64,000 nt of DNA from Nitrospinales bacterium. GTDB lineage: Bacteria; Nitrospinota; Nitrospinia; Nitrospinales; VA-1. Shown here piece by piece: positions 1 through 10,556 of this stretch. The stretch covers positions 896,001 to 960,000 of the forward strand of contig OZ253496.1 in NCBI GenBank assembly GCA_965262115.1, written 5' to 3'. Under the pieces are notes generated by a model. The model was not told the DNA's origin and searched no databases. It saw only the letters and a program-made list of their open reading frames with translations. The position numbers were made by a program, and so were the translations under genes. The number at the start of each line of letters is the position of its first letter. Position 1 is the first letter of the stretch.

Positions 1-289
1 CGGCATCCGCCAGAACTTTGGCCTCCTCATCACCGATGATATTGTGATTGAGGTAAAGAGAGGTGAGCCCGGTCAATCCTTTCACACGACTGAGGATTGC
101 TATGGACTCTCCACAAAGCTGGTTCTGGCTGAGAAAAAGCTGTTCAACCGAAGACAAGTCTTCGACATCACAAAGCAGGCGCAACTCATCCGGCCCGATA
201 TTTTTATCTTCCAAGTCCAACAGCTTCCCATCCGGGGTCAAGTTTGCCAGAATAATTTGTTCCAATTTAGATTTAATGGCCTCTTGCAA
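1..289 (-). CDS. Leucine-rich repeat protein (RI/GALA-like), truncated by the window edge
   Basis: Not in the ORF track. TTG at 289 follows AGGAGG. Hand translation gives ...LLDLEDKNIGPDELRLL...VEQLFLSQNQLCGESIAIL...LTGLTSLYLNHNIIGDEEAKVLADA, i.e. LxxLxLxxNxI repeats. Confidence 0.8.
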   Translation of the reverse strand, partial: MQEAIKSKLEQIILANLTPDGKLLDLEDKNIGPDELRLLCDVEDLSSVEQLFLSQNQLCGESIAILSRVKGLTGLTSLYLNHNIIGDEEAKVLADA

Positions 290-434
290 CGGGAAATTCC
301 TCCTGAAATTAGCTTAAGGATTATTTGTTGAGGTTTTGCGTACTTTAAAGGATTTCATTTAAAAGATCAAACACCGGTTCGGCTATAATATTTAATAGAT
401 CTAACGCAAGAGTGGAATCATCAGGAGAGTTGAC

Positions 435-1544
435 ATGATCGTTGGAATTCCGAAAGAAATCAAAACCGATGAGTATCGCGTATCGATGACCCCAGCCGGC
501 GTTCACGATCTGGTAACCCGGGGCCATCAAGTTTTACTGGGAAATCAGGCAGGAGTTGGTAGCGGCATCAGCAATCAGGATTATCTGGATCAGGGCGCCA
601 AAATCGTTTCCCATCAGGAAGTATTTTTCCGGTCGGAATTGATCATCAAAGTCAAGGAACCCCTGCCCGAAGAATATGGCCTGCTGCGTGAAGGGCAGAT
701 CCTTTACACCTATCTGCACCTGGCCCCGGCGCCCGAGCTCACCCAGGCACTGCTGGATCAAAAGATCGTGGGCATCGCTTACGAAACTGTGCAATTGCCC
801 GATCGCTCCCTGCCTCTTCTCATCCCTATGAGCGAGGTGGCAGGACGCATGGCCGTGCACGAAGGCGCAAAATATCTTGAACGGGAAAATGGTGGACGGG
901 GCATTCTTCTCGGCGGTGTGCCCGGTGTCGATCCCGGTCATGTGGTGATCATCGGGGGAGGTATTGTCGGTGCCAACGCCGCGAAAATGGCCATTGGCAC
1001 CGGAGCCCAGGTCACCCTGCTCGATATCAGCCTGCAACGTCTGCGTTATCTCGATGATATTCACGGAAGCCGACTCAAAACCCTGATGTCGAACCGGTTC
1101 AATTTACTGGAATCACTGCGCACCGCAGATCTCGTCATCGGAGCTGTGCTCATCCCGGGTGCTAAGGCTCCGCGCCTCATCACCCGTGAAATGCTGACTC
1201 CTATGCAGAAGGGATCGGTCGTGGTCGATGTCGGCATCGATCAGGGAGGCATCCTCGAGACTTCGCGCCCGACAACACATAGTGATCCCATTTTTGAGGT
1301 TGAGGGAGTGATCCATTATTGTGTCGCCAATATGCCGGGAGCCTTGGCCAGAACATCGACCTTCGCGCTCACCAATGCAACCTTCCCTTACGCTCTGGAA
1401 CTTGCCGAAAAAGGCTATCGGAAGGCCCTGAAAGAAGACCCGGCCTTGCAAGCCGGACTCAATGTCTGCCTGGGGACTGTGACCCACCCGGAAGTCGCCA
1501 ATGCACTGGGTAAAGAATTCACTCCACCGGAAAAGTTTTGCTGA
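435..1544 (+). CDS. ald: Alanine dehydrogenase
   Basis: [42 protein letters not shown] site and [18 protein letters not shown]. Confidence 0.96.
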   Translation: MIVGIPKEIKTDEYRVSMTPAGVHDLVTRGHQVLLGNQAGVGSGISNQDYLDQGAKIVSHQEVFFRSELIIKVKEPLPEEYGLLREGQILYTYLHLAPAPELTQALLDQKIVGIAYETVQLPDRSLPLLIPMSEVAGRMAVHEGAKYLERENGGRGILLGGVPGVDPGHVVIIGGGIVGANAAKMAIGTGAQVTLLDISLQRLRYLDDIHGSRLKTLMSNRFNLLESLRTADLVIGAVLIPGAKAPRLITREMLTPMQKGSVVVDVGIDQGGILETSRPTTHSDPIFEVEGVIHYCVANMPGALARTSTFALTNATFPYALELAEKGYRKALKEDPALQAGLNVCLGTVTHPEVANALGKEFTPPEKFC

Positions 1545-1727
1545 CCCCGGCGAGCCGCCGGTGGCAGGTACGATGGCTTTCTCTGGCGAGCAAAGAGTCA
1601 TCTCGGAAAATAAAGCTATGGCCAGTTTCCAGCGGAGGTACTCCGCCCGATAAAATAAACATGAACTTGCAAAAGGTTTCTTATAAGATACGAATCAAAC
1701 GTGATCAAACAGTATGGAGAAACTACA

Positions 1728-2168
1728 ATGAGTGAAGGGGGCCGAGATTCTCATTTCAATGTGAACGTTCGCACTGGCATTGGTTCAAGAGCCACAATGG
1801 CAAATAATGAGGACTCGTTTCTCCGGGCCATGGAAATTCAAGAACGGAAGAGGGCAAAAAAAGAACTGGAAAAACCCAAGGAAATTGTTGAAACCGCGCC
1901 CGAAGAACTTGCTGAAACTGTTGCGGTCCTTGAAGAGGCACCAGTGGCTCAGGAAAAAGTTGTTGAGGTTCCTGCTGAACCTGTAGCAGTTGAAGAAGCC
2001 CCCGTGTCCGCTGAGGAAGAACCGCCTCCTGCTAAAGCTCCCCCTAAACCCTCAGGCGGTGGCGTACCCGGCCCGGCACCCAGAAGCGATTTCACCGCAG
2101 AGGAAAAAGCGGCCATGTTGAAACGGGCCAGGGCTCATGCTGTGGAAGCCCAGGCAAGAAAAAAGTAA
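1728..2168 (+). CDS. Hypothetical protein with Glu/Pro/Ala-rich, probably disordered central linker
   Basis: ATG at 1728 after GGAGA; low-complexity EEAPVA and PPPAKAPP segments. Confidence 0.75.
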   Translation: MSEGGRDSHFNVNVRTGIGSRATMANNEDSFLRAMEIQERKRAKKELEKPKEIVETAPEELAETVAVLEEAPVAQEKVVEVPAEPVAVEEAPVSAEEEPPPAKAPPKPSGGGVPGPAPRSDFTAEEKAAMLKRARAHAVEAQARKK

Positions 2169-2255
2169 ACAAGTGAAATTTGAGAAAATGAAATCAAACT
2201 TGATCGGGATTATTCGCGTTTCCATAGTATTATTTCGGCTTAACCCGGGGAAACC

Positions 2256-2384
2256 ATGAAAGAAAAAGGAGAGCCGGAAAAACGGAGAGAAAACCCCATT
2301 TTCACGATTTGGGTCCATACCGGCTATGCGGTCCTGGTCCTTTCCATGGTTGGCTGGATGGTCTATATGGAATTTTTTATGTAG
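2256..2384 (+). CDS. Small single-pass membrane protein, 42 aa
   Basis: MKEKGEPEKRRENPIFTIWVHTGYAVLVLSMVGWMVYMEFFM: charged N-terminus then one hydrophobic helix. Below the ORF-track cutoff. Confidence 0.6.
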   Translation: MKEKGEPEKRRENPIFTIWVHTGYAVLVLSMVGWMVYMEFFM

Positions 2385-2451
2385 TAGACGCCGCCAGGTT
2401 CCAAGTATTATACAATAACTTCCCCTCTGACAGGGAGAGCTTTGCATAACC

Positions 2452-2495
2452 CGAGATTACCCGTTCGGGGCACGAACGGGTAATCTCGCTTTCTG
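2452..2495 (+). terminator. Perfect 16-bp hairpin, probable intrinsic terminator
   Basis: CGAGATTACCCGTTCG-gggca-CGAACGGGTAATCTCG followed by a T-rich tail. Confidence 0.65.
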
Positions 2496-2645
2496 GTTTA
2501 TTTAGTAAGGGGCTTCGATATCCTTCGGCTCCTCAAGGATGACAACTTCGTGAGTTTTTCAGCACCCTGAACCATCGGCGTTGTTCAATTTCAATTGAAA
2601 ACGGGATTGGCCCCGAACAATAATTTCGTCGGCTGACCACTGCTT

Positions 2646-3245
2646 ATGAAAAAAACACTTATATTCTTACTCTCTTATCTTTCTGTTTTTGTTTTTTTGT
2701 TTTGCGGTTCTTCTCTTGTCTTTGGTGATGACTTACAGGATGGTTTGGATGCGCATAGAGGAAAAGACTATAAAACGGCATACAAGCTATGGTTTCCATT
2801 AGCCGAACAGGGAGATGCTCCCGCGCAATACAGATTGGGTGTGATGTATGAGTTCGGACTAGGAGTTCCGCAAGACTACAGGGAAGCGGTTAAATGGGTT
2901 CGGCTTTCAGTGGAATAGGGAGATGCTTCCGCGCAATACAACTTGGGTGAGATGTATCGCTTCGGACAAGAAGTTTTACAAGACGACAAAGAAGCGGTTA
3001 AATGGTATCGGCTGGCAGCCGAACAGGGATTAGCTCAAGCACAATACAACTTGGGTGTGATGTATAAGACAGGACGAGGAGTTCCGCAAGACTATGCGTC
3101 AGCGCATATGTGGTTCAATCTCGCGGGTTCTAATGGAGACAAAAACGCCATAAAACTTAGAGACCTGGTGGAAGAGCGCATGTCTCCATCTCAAATAGAA
3201 AAAGCGCAGGAAATGGCAAAAAACTGGAAACCATTAAACAAATAA
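2646..3245 (+). pseudogene. Secreted Sel1-like repeat protein interrupted by an in-frame TAG at 2916-2918
   Basis: Signal peptide and AEQGDA-AQY-LG-MY repeats. The two track ORFs are in one frame, separated only by TAG where sister repeats have CAG (Gln). Confidence 0.85.
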
Positions 3246-3326
3246 TCCGTGCGGACTGGTCCTGCCCGTTATCAGTGGAAGAGCCGTTGGCCGCAACCAA
3301 TGAGATCAGCCGGTTTTGGGGCGTTC

Positions 3327-4382
3327 TCAGGAAAATTCAAACCGGCGGATGGACTCCACCATGGCTGAGGCAGAACGGGCGCTGATAAATTTTTGCTGGT
3401 CATAGCCCTTGACCATGTCCCAAGCCTGTTCAGGATACATCTCAATCAGGGGAAGGGCCACGTCATCCAGCATCCATTGCCCGTGGCGGATATCTTCCTG
3501 AATGTGAAGGTCCCAATAGCGGGTGCCCTTGTCACCCATCCCCAGGCGTTCTCCTGCCATTTTGATATTCTGAAAAGCGGCGGGAACAGAAACTTCGGTA
3601 TACAACAAACCGCCGACATAACGTAAAAAGTTTTTCTTACGCTCGGAAAGGAAAAAGCTATGGTTGATGTTGGCCAGCACTTCCCACGGCACAAGATCAA
3701 AATAAGCTTCCGGCCTGGAGTCCATATCGCATTCTTCCAGCATGGTCGCAAAATGAGTGGAATGTTTTCTGGAAAACTTCCCACTGCCATACTCTTCCCA
3801 TAAAATCCGGGTCAGCATCGTCTGCACCTCGTTTCCGACACCTCCCAACATTCGAGAAAGCTGACTGGCTTCCACCAAACCATCCAGGGAAGTGATGGCA
3901 AGCAATCGCTGATATCCGGATTTTGAAATTTCATTGCGGATGATCAATCCATCCGGAGAAGGCTCGGGTTGCAGGTCTTCTCCCACGCGGTCACGGAGGG
4001 CGTCGATGAGATTACCAGAATAGCGCGGGACACTATTACGCTCCTCCCAACCCTGCCATGCATTTTCAATTTTCAAACGCAAAGAAAACAGAAAGCTGGA
4101 ATCTTCATTGGCATAATTTTCCAACTCGTCATACCAAAACAGCTTCAAACGGTTGATGCGATAAAGAATCCTTTGCAAAAACAGGTGGGCCTGGGGGCAT
4201 CCCTCGCCATCATTAAAAGCATCCGACAAGGACGTTTCCAGTTCCGAATTAAAACTTGCGGCCTTCTCAGGATTTTCTGAAATGACCCGATCCAGATCAT
4301 CTAAATGCAACAATCCGACAAACTCCTCCTCCAATTCATGATATGCAAAATCAGTTGAGTCCGTTTGCAAATTAAAATTCAT
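3327..4382 (-). CDS. Iron-containing redox enzyme, heme-oxygenase-like diiron oxidase (HDO) family
   Basis: Helical protein with candidate ligand motifs LVEAS, EEYGxG...H, YTEV, HIQEDIRH and YDQ. Confidence 0.8.
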   Translation of the reverse strand: MNFNLQTDSTDFAYHELEEEFVGLLHLDDLDRVISENPEKAASFNSELETSLSDAFNDGEGCPQAHLFLQRILYRINRLKLFWYDELENYANEDSSFLFSLRLKIENAWQGWEERNSVPRYSGNLIDALRDRVGEDLQPEPSPDGLIIRNEISKSGYQRLLAITSLDGLVEASQLSRMLGGVGNEVQTMLTRILWEEYGSGKFSRKHSTHFATMLEECDMDSRPEAYFDLVPWEVLANINHSFFLSERKKNFLRYVGGLLYTEVSVPAAFQNIKMAGERLGMGDKGTRYWDLHIQEDIRHGQWMLDDVALPLIEMYPEQAWDMVKGYDQQKFISARSASAMVESIRRFEFS

Positions 4383-4589
4383 AAGCTTTGGGAATATGAA
4401 GATTAGAATTAGGGTCTGTTTATTCCTCTAAAAACCAGAACCCGAAAAACATCTTTACTGTCGGAAGCTTTGCCTCGCAGTAATCGTCAGAGACGATAAA
4501 TAAAGATGTAAAAAGGAGTTAAGAGACGTACTATAACAAACACCATCAACAAGGTCAAATTCACCAGGCAGGAAGAGGAGCCACCGTTC

Positions 4590-5585
4590 TTGTTTGAAAC
4601 AAAAATACTGAAATCCGGACCGCAATCATTCTCCCCCGAAGAACAGTTTGCCGACACCGTCAACACTGGCCTTTCCCTTGAAAACAAGCGTTTGCCATCA
4701 TGGCTGATCTTTGACAGCGTGGGAAGTGAGATTTTCAAAAAGATAACGGAACTCGCAGGATATCTTCCCGCCGCATGTGAATTTGAAATTATTCGCAACC
4801 ATAAAAACAATATTGCAAAACTTATCACCGGTAACACCTTCAACCTTATAGAACTCGGTTCAGGCGATGGATGCAAGACCCGGATTCTCATTGAGCATTT
4901 GCTGAGTAAGAAATCCAGTTTTCACTATTTCCCCATTGACATTTCCCACGGAGCGGTTACAAATCTGGTTCGGTCATTGGAAGACAACCACTCCGGCGCA
5001 TCCCTGAAGGTCACAGGATTAACCGGAGATTATTTTGAGGGTCTCAAAGCCATTTTCCAGGATGGCCCAACGCAAAACCTGGTCCTCTTTCTCGGAGTCA
5101 CCTTGAATAATATGGATCCGGACACGGCCCAGTCTTTTCTGAAAAATTTATGCAATGCATTGGGGGCGAAGGATTATCTGCTAATCGGGTTTGACCTCAT
5201 GAAAAATCCCAAATTGCTTTATTCTGCCTACAATGATTCCGAAGGACTCTTTGAAAAATTCAACCTGCACCTGCTGGACCGCATTAATCAGGAACTGGGC
5301 GCCGATTTTAACAAAGAGCACTTTGTGCAACAGGGCCAGTTCAATCCCGATACCCGCGCTGTAGAAAGTTATCTTTTCAGCACGCGGGACCAGACCGTGT
5401 ATATCAAGGCTTTAAACAAGAACTTTCACTTCAAAGCCTGGGAAGCGATGCAGACCGAGCAGTCCTTTAAATACACCCTTGAAGAAATAGAACACCTGGC
5501 CGTTAAAAACGGATTTGAAGTCGTGGAGCATTTATTTGACTCCCGAAAATATTTTGTGGATTCAATTTGGAAGGTTGCCCACTAA
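4590..5585 (+). CDS. egtD: EgtD-family (methyltransferase_33) SAM-dependent amino-acid N-methyltransferase
   Basis: IELGSGDGCKT SAM motif, YFPIDIS, LLIGFDLMK, AYND..G, TExSxKY; TTG start after GAGGAG. Family is secure but substrate is uncertain. Confidence 0.82.
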   Translation: MFETKILKSGPQSFSPEEQFADTVNTGLSLENKRLPSWLIFDSVGSEIFKKITELAGYLPAACEFEIIRNHKNNIAKLITGNTFNLIELGSGDGCKTRILIEHLLSKKSSFHYFPIDISHGAVTNLVRSLEDNHSGASLKVTGLTGDYFEGLKAIFQDGPTQNLVLFLGVTLNNMDPDTAQSFLKNLCNALGAKDYLLIGFDLMKNPKLLYSAYNDSEGLFEKFNLHLLDRINQELGADFNKEHFVQQGQFNPDTRAVESYLFSTRDQTVYIKALNKNFHFKAWEAMQTEQSFKYTLEEIEHLAVKNGFEVVEHLFDSRKYFVDSIWKVAH

Positions 5586-5972
5586 AGCACACTCCGGCAT
5601 GGGCATTTAAAGCTGTTAGGCTTTTATTGAGAGGTGTTAAAAGGATGTCAACGTCAGGCAGCGATTCTTTGCAGGACATCCAGCGTCAGGCAGGTTCGAG
5701 CCACATTTTTTTCCATGGAAAAGTAAATCTCATAGGCTCCCATATTGGAAAAAGCAAGCTCAAAGGATTCTCCTGAAAGAAACTCTGCTACTAAAAGTAT
5801 CTCCCAGGAATAGGAAGATACTTGTAATTTATCAGGTGTTTGTCCTATATTTGGGGTGGCGAGCTGGTCTTGAATCGCAGGAAACGATCCTTTCAAAGGA
5901 AATAGCTGCACAAGCAACAAATTTTATGGGTTATCCGTTGACTTATATTCTCAGTTCCCGGTTTTTTTTCTT

Positions 5973-7742
5973 TTAGCGTTTTTGATGAAGATTATTCATA
6001 GGCAGGCTGAAGTGAAATGTAGCACCATGACCGAGCTGGCTATCGACCCCGATACTTCCCTGATGTTCTTCGACAATTCTCTGGGCAATGGCCAACCCCA
6101 ACCCGGAACTGCTTTCACCTGCAGTGGGGCGAGCGCTTAATTTTTGAAAATGCTGGAATAACTGTCCTTGCTCATCCGCGGAAATCCCCGGCCCTTCATC
6201 CTTTACGCTTAAAGTCATGGTTTCCCCATGCGACACCAGTTTGACAAAAACCTCTTTATCAGGCGGCGAATACTTCACTGCGTTGCTGAGAAGGTTATCC
6301 ACCACCTGCCCGATTCGGTTTGCATCAAAATAAAATTCAGGAACCTCTTCAAAATCCGCATGGAGCCTGATATTTTTTTTGTCCGCCAAAATCTGTTGCA
6401 GATGAATCTTCTCTTCTGCAAGTTTTTTTATGGATGACTTTTCGGGATTCAATTTCAACTGGCCGCTTTCGATCACCGAGATATCCAGAAGGTTGCTGAT
6501 CAGTTCCAGCATATTTCCGCTGACATTTTTAATGGTTGTTAAAAACTCCTGCCGGGTATCTTCTTTGACTTGCGTTCCTTTATCTAAAAGAAACTTGGAA
6601 TAGCCGCGAATGGAAGCAAGAGGATTCCTGAGGTCATGCGATGCGATCCCGAGAAATTTATTTTTCAAATCGTTCACCTCAACAAGCTTCTCGTTCGCCA
6701 GAGTCAGTTCTTCCGTGCGAACCTGAACCTCTCTCTCCACAACGCGGGTCCGCGATGCCATCATCTCAATGATGATGGAAAGGAACAGAGCCCCTGAAAA
6801 GATAGCAACGCCCACCCAGAACGCGTTTAATGTTTGAGGACCGTCGCGAAACTCCCTGGTCGCCTGCCAAACCAGGAACCATCGACGATTGGAAACATTG
6901 ACCACGTTGGTGATGCTCATGGCCGGGTTCTTCAACGGACTACCATAAAGCAGGTTTCCCTCAACCAGTTCGCCTTCTTCATAAACGGTCAAGTTCATCC
7001 CTTTGGGAATATAAGGACTGACCATTTGGTCAATCATGTCCTGCACCCGGTATATGCCCAGCACAAAACCTTTTAGATGCTCCCGCCGTTCTTCAGTGCG
7101 TTCCGCCCTTTTATTATAGAAGGGAGCCAGGATGATGAGATCCGATTGCGAGTGGGCATTGGGAACCGGGCCAAACCGCGAAGCCGCAACCGCCCTGCCC
7201 GAATCTCTGGCAGCATTGGCAAGCTGTAACAATTGTGGATCGGAGGCCAGGTCAAACCCCAGCGTCTGTTCATTGCCGGGAAGCGGCTCCGAATAATGCA
7301 CCGGAAAATATTCCTGCTTCGCCTCGGAAGGGCCGGAAGATCCAAAGATATGAAACTCGGCATATCCCACAGAACGGGTAATGCCTTCGAACCCTTCCCT
7401 TTCAGAGTGGTCAATGCGCGGAACCCACTCAAACGCCTGAATGAAAGGATGATTCCCTAAAAGGGGCTGAACATAAACTCCAAACTCTTCCCGGCTTACA
7501 AACTCCGAAGAACGGTAAAGAGAAACGATGCCGCCCAATTCCCTTTTCACCACTTCAAGTTCACCGGTCAAAATAAGGGTGTCTTCCAGCACCTCTTGTT
7601 CCAGTTCATCAAACCAGACTTTCTGAGCCCGGTCGCGGACAATGCCCCAACTCATCACAGCCAGAATCAATCCCGCTATCAGTACACCTCTGGTCTGGCT
7701 TGCCAATGATCTCATTCCATCTTTCTCTGAAATTGTAAACAT
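5973..7742 (-). CDS. CHASE-domain sensor histidine kinase
   Basis: TM-CHASE (EWVPRI, YFPVHYSEP, LGFDLAS)-TM, then H-box ASHDLRNPL, N-box NLLSNAVKY, DEGPG and GLGLAI. Confidence 0.92.
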   Translation of the reverse strand: MFTISEKDGMRSLASQTRGVLIAGLILAVMSWGIVRDRAQKVWFDELEQEVLEDTLILTGELEVVKRELGGIVSLYRSSEFVSREEFGVYVQPLLGNHPFIQAFEWVPRIDHSEREGFEGITRSVGYAEFHIFGSSGPSEAKQEYFPVHYSEPLPGNEQTLGFDLASDPQLLQLANAARDSGRAVAASRFGPVPNAHSQSDLIILAPFYNKRAERTEERREHLKGFVLGIYRVQDMIDQMVSPYIPKGMNLTVYEEGELVEGNLLYGSPLKNPAMSITNVVNVSNRRWFLVWQATREFRDGPQTLNAFWVGVAIFSGALFLSIIIEMMASRTRVVEREVQVRTEELTLANEKLVEVNDLKNKFLGIASHDLRNPLASIRGYSKFLLDKGTQVKEDTRQEFLTTIKNVSGNMLELISNLLDISVIESGQLKLNPEKSSIKKLAEEKIHLQQILADKKNIRLHADFEEVPEFYFDANRIGQVVDNLLSNAVKYSPPDKEVFVKLVSHGETMTLSVKDEGPGISADEQGQLFQHFQKLSARPTAGESSSGLGLAIAQRIVEEHQGSIGVDSQLGHGATFHFSLPMNNLHQKR

Positions 7743-7898
7743 GATCAGTTTATCATTTTTTTCTTAAAATTAACGCCACCCGGCCGCAGCGTGATGCTGG
7801 ACTCAAATTGTAATAACTCTTTCCGGTTAACAAAGAGCTGGCTCGGCTTAAAAAACTTTATTATATTCCTTCTCACGGGAGTGAGCTACAATCATAAA

Positions 7899-9269
7899 AT
7901 GACCAACGAATTAATATTTGTAGTCGATGACGATGCCCCGCTAAGAGGCTTGATGAAAGCACTTCTGGAAGACCAAGGCTACACAGTGCGGGATTTCGAA
8001 AGCGGTCACGCCTTGCTCGACTCGTTGGACGACAGCCCTTCTCTGATCCTGCTTGACGTGATGATGCCTGGGCTTGATGGGGTGGAAACCTTGAAGCGGA
8101 TCAAAGCCGCGCGTCCGGACCTGCCGGTCATTATGCTGACCAGTGTTGACAAGGTGGAAACTGCGGTGGAAGTCATTAAACAGGGCGCTTACGATTATTT
8201 ATTGAAGCCTGTTGACGAGCCTCGCCTGTTCACCTGCCTGGATAAAGCTTTTGAACAAAGAAATCTTGTTCGCAAGGTCAACCACCTGCAAGGCGAAGTG
8301 GACCGTCTATCCGGCAAATATGGCATCATCGGAAAAAGCAAGACGCTCAATGAAACACTGAAAAAAGTTCATCAGGTCTCTGCCAGCAAAGCTGGTGTCC
8401 TCATCCTTGGGGAAACCGGAACCGGCAAGGAACTCATTGCCCGCGCCGTCCACCGAAACAGTTCCTACGCCACCGGGCCTTTTGTCGACATCAATTGTGG
8501 AGCTATCCCTGAAACGCTTCAGGAAAGCGAATTATTCGGCCATAAAAAAGGCGCTTTCACTGGTGCCATCGAGTCCCGTGTGGGAAAACTGGAACTGGCG
8601 AATGGGGGTACTCTGTTTCTCGATGAAGTGGCGGAAATGAGCCCCGCCACTCAGGCAAAACTTCTGCGTTTTCTACAGAAAAAAAGTTTTGAACGCGTCG
8701 GTGACAACCAGAAAATCCAAGTCGATACCCGTGTGGTCTGTGCGACCAACAAGAATCTTAAGACTTTAATCGACAAAGGAAGCTTTCGCGAAGACCTTTA
8801 TTATCGGATCGCCGTTTTCCCCATCGAAGTTCCCGCGCTTCGTGACCGGGTGGAGGACATTCCCCTGCTCTGCACCCACTTCCTCAAAAAATATCAGGAA
8901 GAGGTTGGCAAGGACGTTCTGTCGGTCAGCGATGAAGCCATGCAGATTTTGCAGGATTATTCATGGCCAGGAAATATCCGCCAATTGGAAAACACAATTT
9001 ACCAGTCCATGATCGTCACTTCCTACGACACCATAGATGCCGACTGCCTGCCGGAAGGAGTCTGCGACTCTTCAGCTCCTGCTAATGAGAAGATAAACGA
9101 AAAAGCTTCTTCCGGTTCCACAATCTTCACCCCCTACCATGATGTGGTCAAACAAACCTTGAAGCAGGCCCTGGAACAAACCGGTGGAAACATTCCCGGC
9201 GCGGCCAAGGCTTTGGGTATCAGCCGCAGCACGTTTTACCGCATGCTGAAAAAATACCAACTGAACTGA
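7899..9269 (+). CDS. NtrC-family sigma-54-dependent response regulator
   Basis: Receiver VDDD/LLDVMMP, Walker [23 protein letters not shown] and Fis-type HTH. Start placed at ATG 7899. Confidence 0.93.
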   Translation: MTNELIFVVDDDAPLRGLMKALLEDQGYTVRDFESGHALLDSLDDSPSLILLDVMMPGLDGVETLKRIKAARPDLPVIMLTSVDKVETAVEVIKQGAYDYLLKPVDEPRLFTCLDKAFEQRNLVRKVNHLQGEVDRLSGKYGIIGKSKTLNETLKKVHQVSASKAGVLILGETGTGKELIARAVHRNSSYATGPFVDINCGAIPETLQESELFGHKKGAFTGAIESRVGKLELANGGTLFLDEVAEMSPATQAKLLRFLQKKSFERVGDNQKIQVDTRVVCATNKNLKTLIDKGSFREDLYYRIAVFPIEVPALRDRVEDIPLLCTHFLKKYQEEVGKDVLSVSDEAMQILQDYSWPGNIRQLENTIYQSMIVTSYDTIDADCLPEGVCDSSAPANEKINEKASSGSTIFTPYHDVVKQTLKQALEQTGGNIPGAAKALGISRSTFYRMLKKYQLN

Positions 9270-9426
9270 CATCATCCCATTCTGACCCTGACAAAATCCC
9301 GCAATGGGACGATCCTGTCCCGAAATGGCATTTGCTGACCCGGCCTTCCTCTTCCCTTCCCAACAACTATTTCCAAACTCCTTGTGAAATCATAAGTTAA
9401 GGATTTTATTTTTTTCTCGGCTATTC

Positions 9427-9441
9427 CGGCACAGGCTTTGC
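9427..9441 (+). promoter_or_regulatory. Sigma-54 (-24/-12) promoter
   Basis: CGGCAC-AGGCT-TTGC matches YGGCAC-N5-TTGC. Imperfect palindromes TCCCGCAATGGGAC and GTCCCGAAATGGCA at about 9297-9330 are candidate activator sites. Confidence 0.8.
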
Positions 9442-9692
9442 TCTCTATAAAGTTGAAAGACCAGAAAGGAAGGCACCTATGAAAAACTCAAACGCAAAGA
9501 TATCTCAACCTGTTGGCGCCGAATTGCAACACCTCGACCCGCACTCAGTCCTCGCTGAACGCAAACAGAGGCGTGCATGCATCCCGCGGATGCCTTCCCC
9601 GCTGGATACAGTTGGGACCGGGAGTGACCTCCTTTTCCCGGTCCCTCCCCTCAACGGGAAAAATTTATCAAGAAACATAGAGGGAAAACATC

Positions 9693-10508
9693 ATGAAAAA
9701 TTTTAACTTTGTGGCAATCACTACCGTAATTGCGCTGGCTTTGGCCGGCAATGCTCAGGCAAAAAAATCAAGTTATGAAGAAATACAGGTTTCCAATGGC
9801 GGGTCTATTTCAGGAAGCGTGGTGTTCAATGGCAACGTTCTCGACCCCATCCTGGAAGATTTGAGCAAAGGCAAAAATGCCGAGTTCTGCGCCACCCATC
9901 CCGACACCCTGGAAGGTGGAATCCGACCCCGGCAAAAGGTCATCGTTCATGATGGAAAACTTGAAAACGCAGTGGTATTGATCGAAAACATCAGCAAGGG
10001 GAAAGCCTGGTCGCAAGAAACTGTGAATTTTGATTTCCGGCAATGCGATATTTTCCCCAAGGTAACGGTCATCCGCAAATCCCCGAAAGGAACCAAGAAG
10101 GGATTAGTAAAGATCACCAACCAGGACGAAAATATCCTGCACAACCCGCACGGTTATTCCATCAAAGGTGCCAACAGGAAAACGCTGTTCAACAAACCGC
10201 TTCCGTCAAAAGGTTCTGTGGCCGATGTCACAAAATCTCTCAAACGGTTCAAACCGAAAAAGGATTCCCATTTCTTCCTGCAATGCGATCAGCACAGCTA
10301 TATGGAAGCTGATGCGCGAATTGTCTGGAATCCCTACTACACCGTAAGCAGCAAAGATGGTTCCTTCACGCTGGACCATATCCCAGCCGGAAAATACAGA
10401 GTCACAGCATGGCACCCCTATGTTGGGCAGGTGACTCAAGAGATCACGGTGGCAGAAGGAGCCAAGGCCAGCACCAACTTTGAATTAGCAGGCAAAAAAT
10501 CATTCTAA
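9693..10508 (+). CDS. Periplasmic protein with cupredoxin-like core and carboxypeptidase-regulatory-like domain
   Basis: Signal peptide (AQA), HNPH plus CDQHSYM (CxxHxxM), and C-terminal DGSFTLDHIPAGKYRVTAWHP. Confidence 0.75.
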   Translation: MKNFNFVAITTVIALALAGNAQAKKSSYEEIQVSNGGSISGSVVFNGNVLDPILEDLSKGKNAEFCATHPDTLEGGIRPRQKVIVHDGKLENAVVLIENISKGKAWSQETVNFDFRQCDIFPKVTVIRKSPKGTKKGLVKITNQDENILHNPHGYSIKGANRKTLFNKPLPSKGSVADVTKSLKRFKPKKDSHFFLQCDQHSYMEADARIVWNPYYTVSSKDGSFTLDHIPAGKYRVTAWHPYVGQVTQEITVAEGAKASTNFELAGKKSF

Positions 10509-10556
10509 CCGTGAAATTCCATGAACCATCATTATTTAGTAAGAGGAGAAAAGAAA

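Noticed and set aside
44..331. Plus-strand ORFs at the window start
   Set aside because: The minus strand encodes an LRR protein with a strong RBS.
2916..2918. Pyrrolysine or genome-wide TAG recoding
   Set aside because: TAG is the normal stop of several genes here, and the position corresponds to Gln in sister repeats.
5654..5920. 88-aa minus-strand ORF
   Set aside because: No RBS or recognisable motif; I cannot support it.
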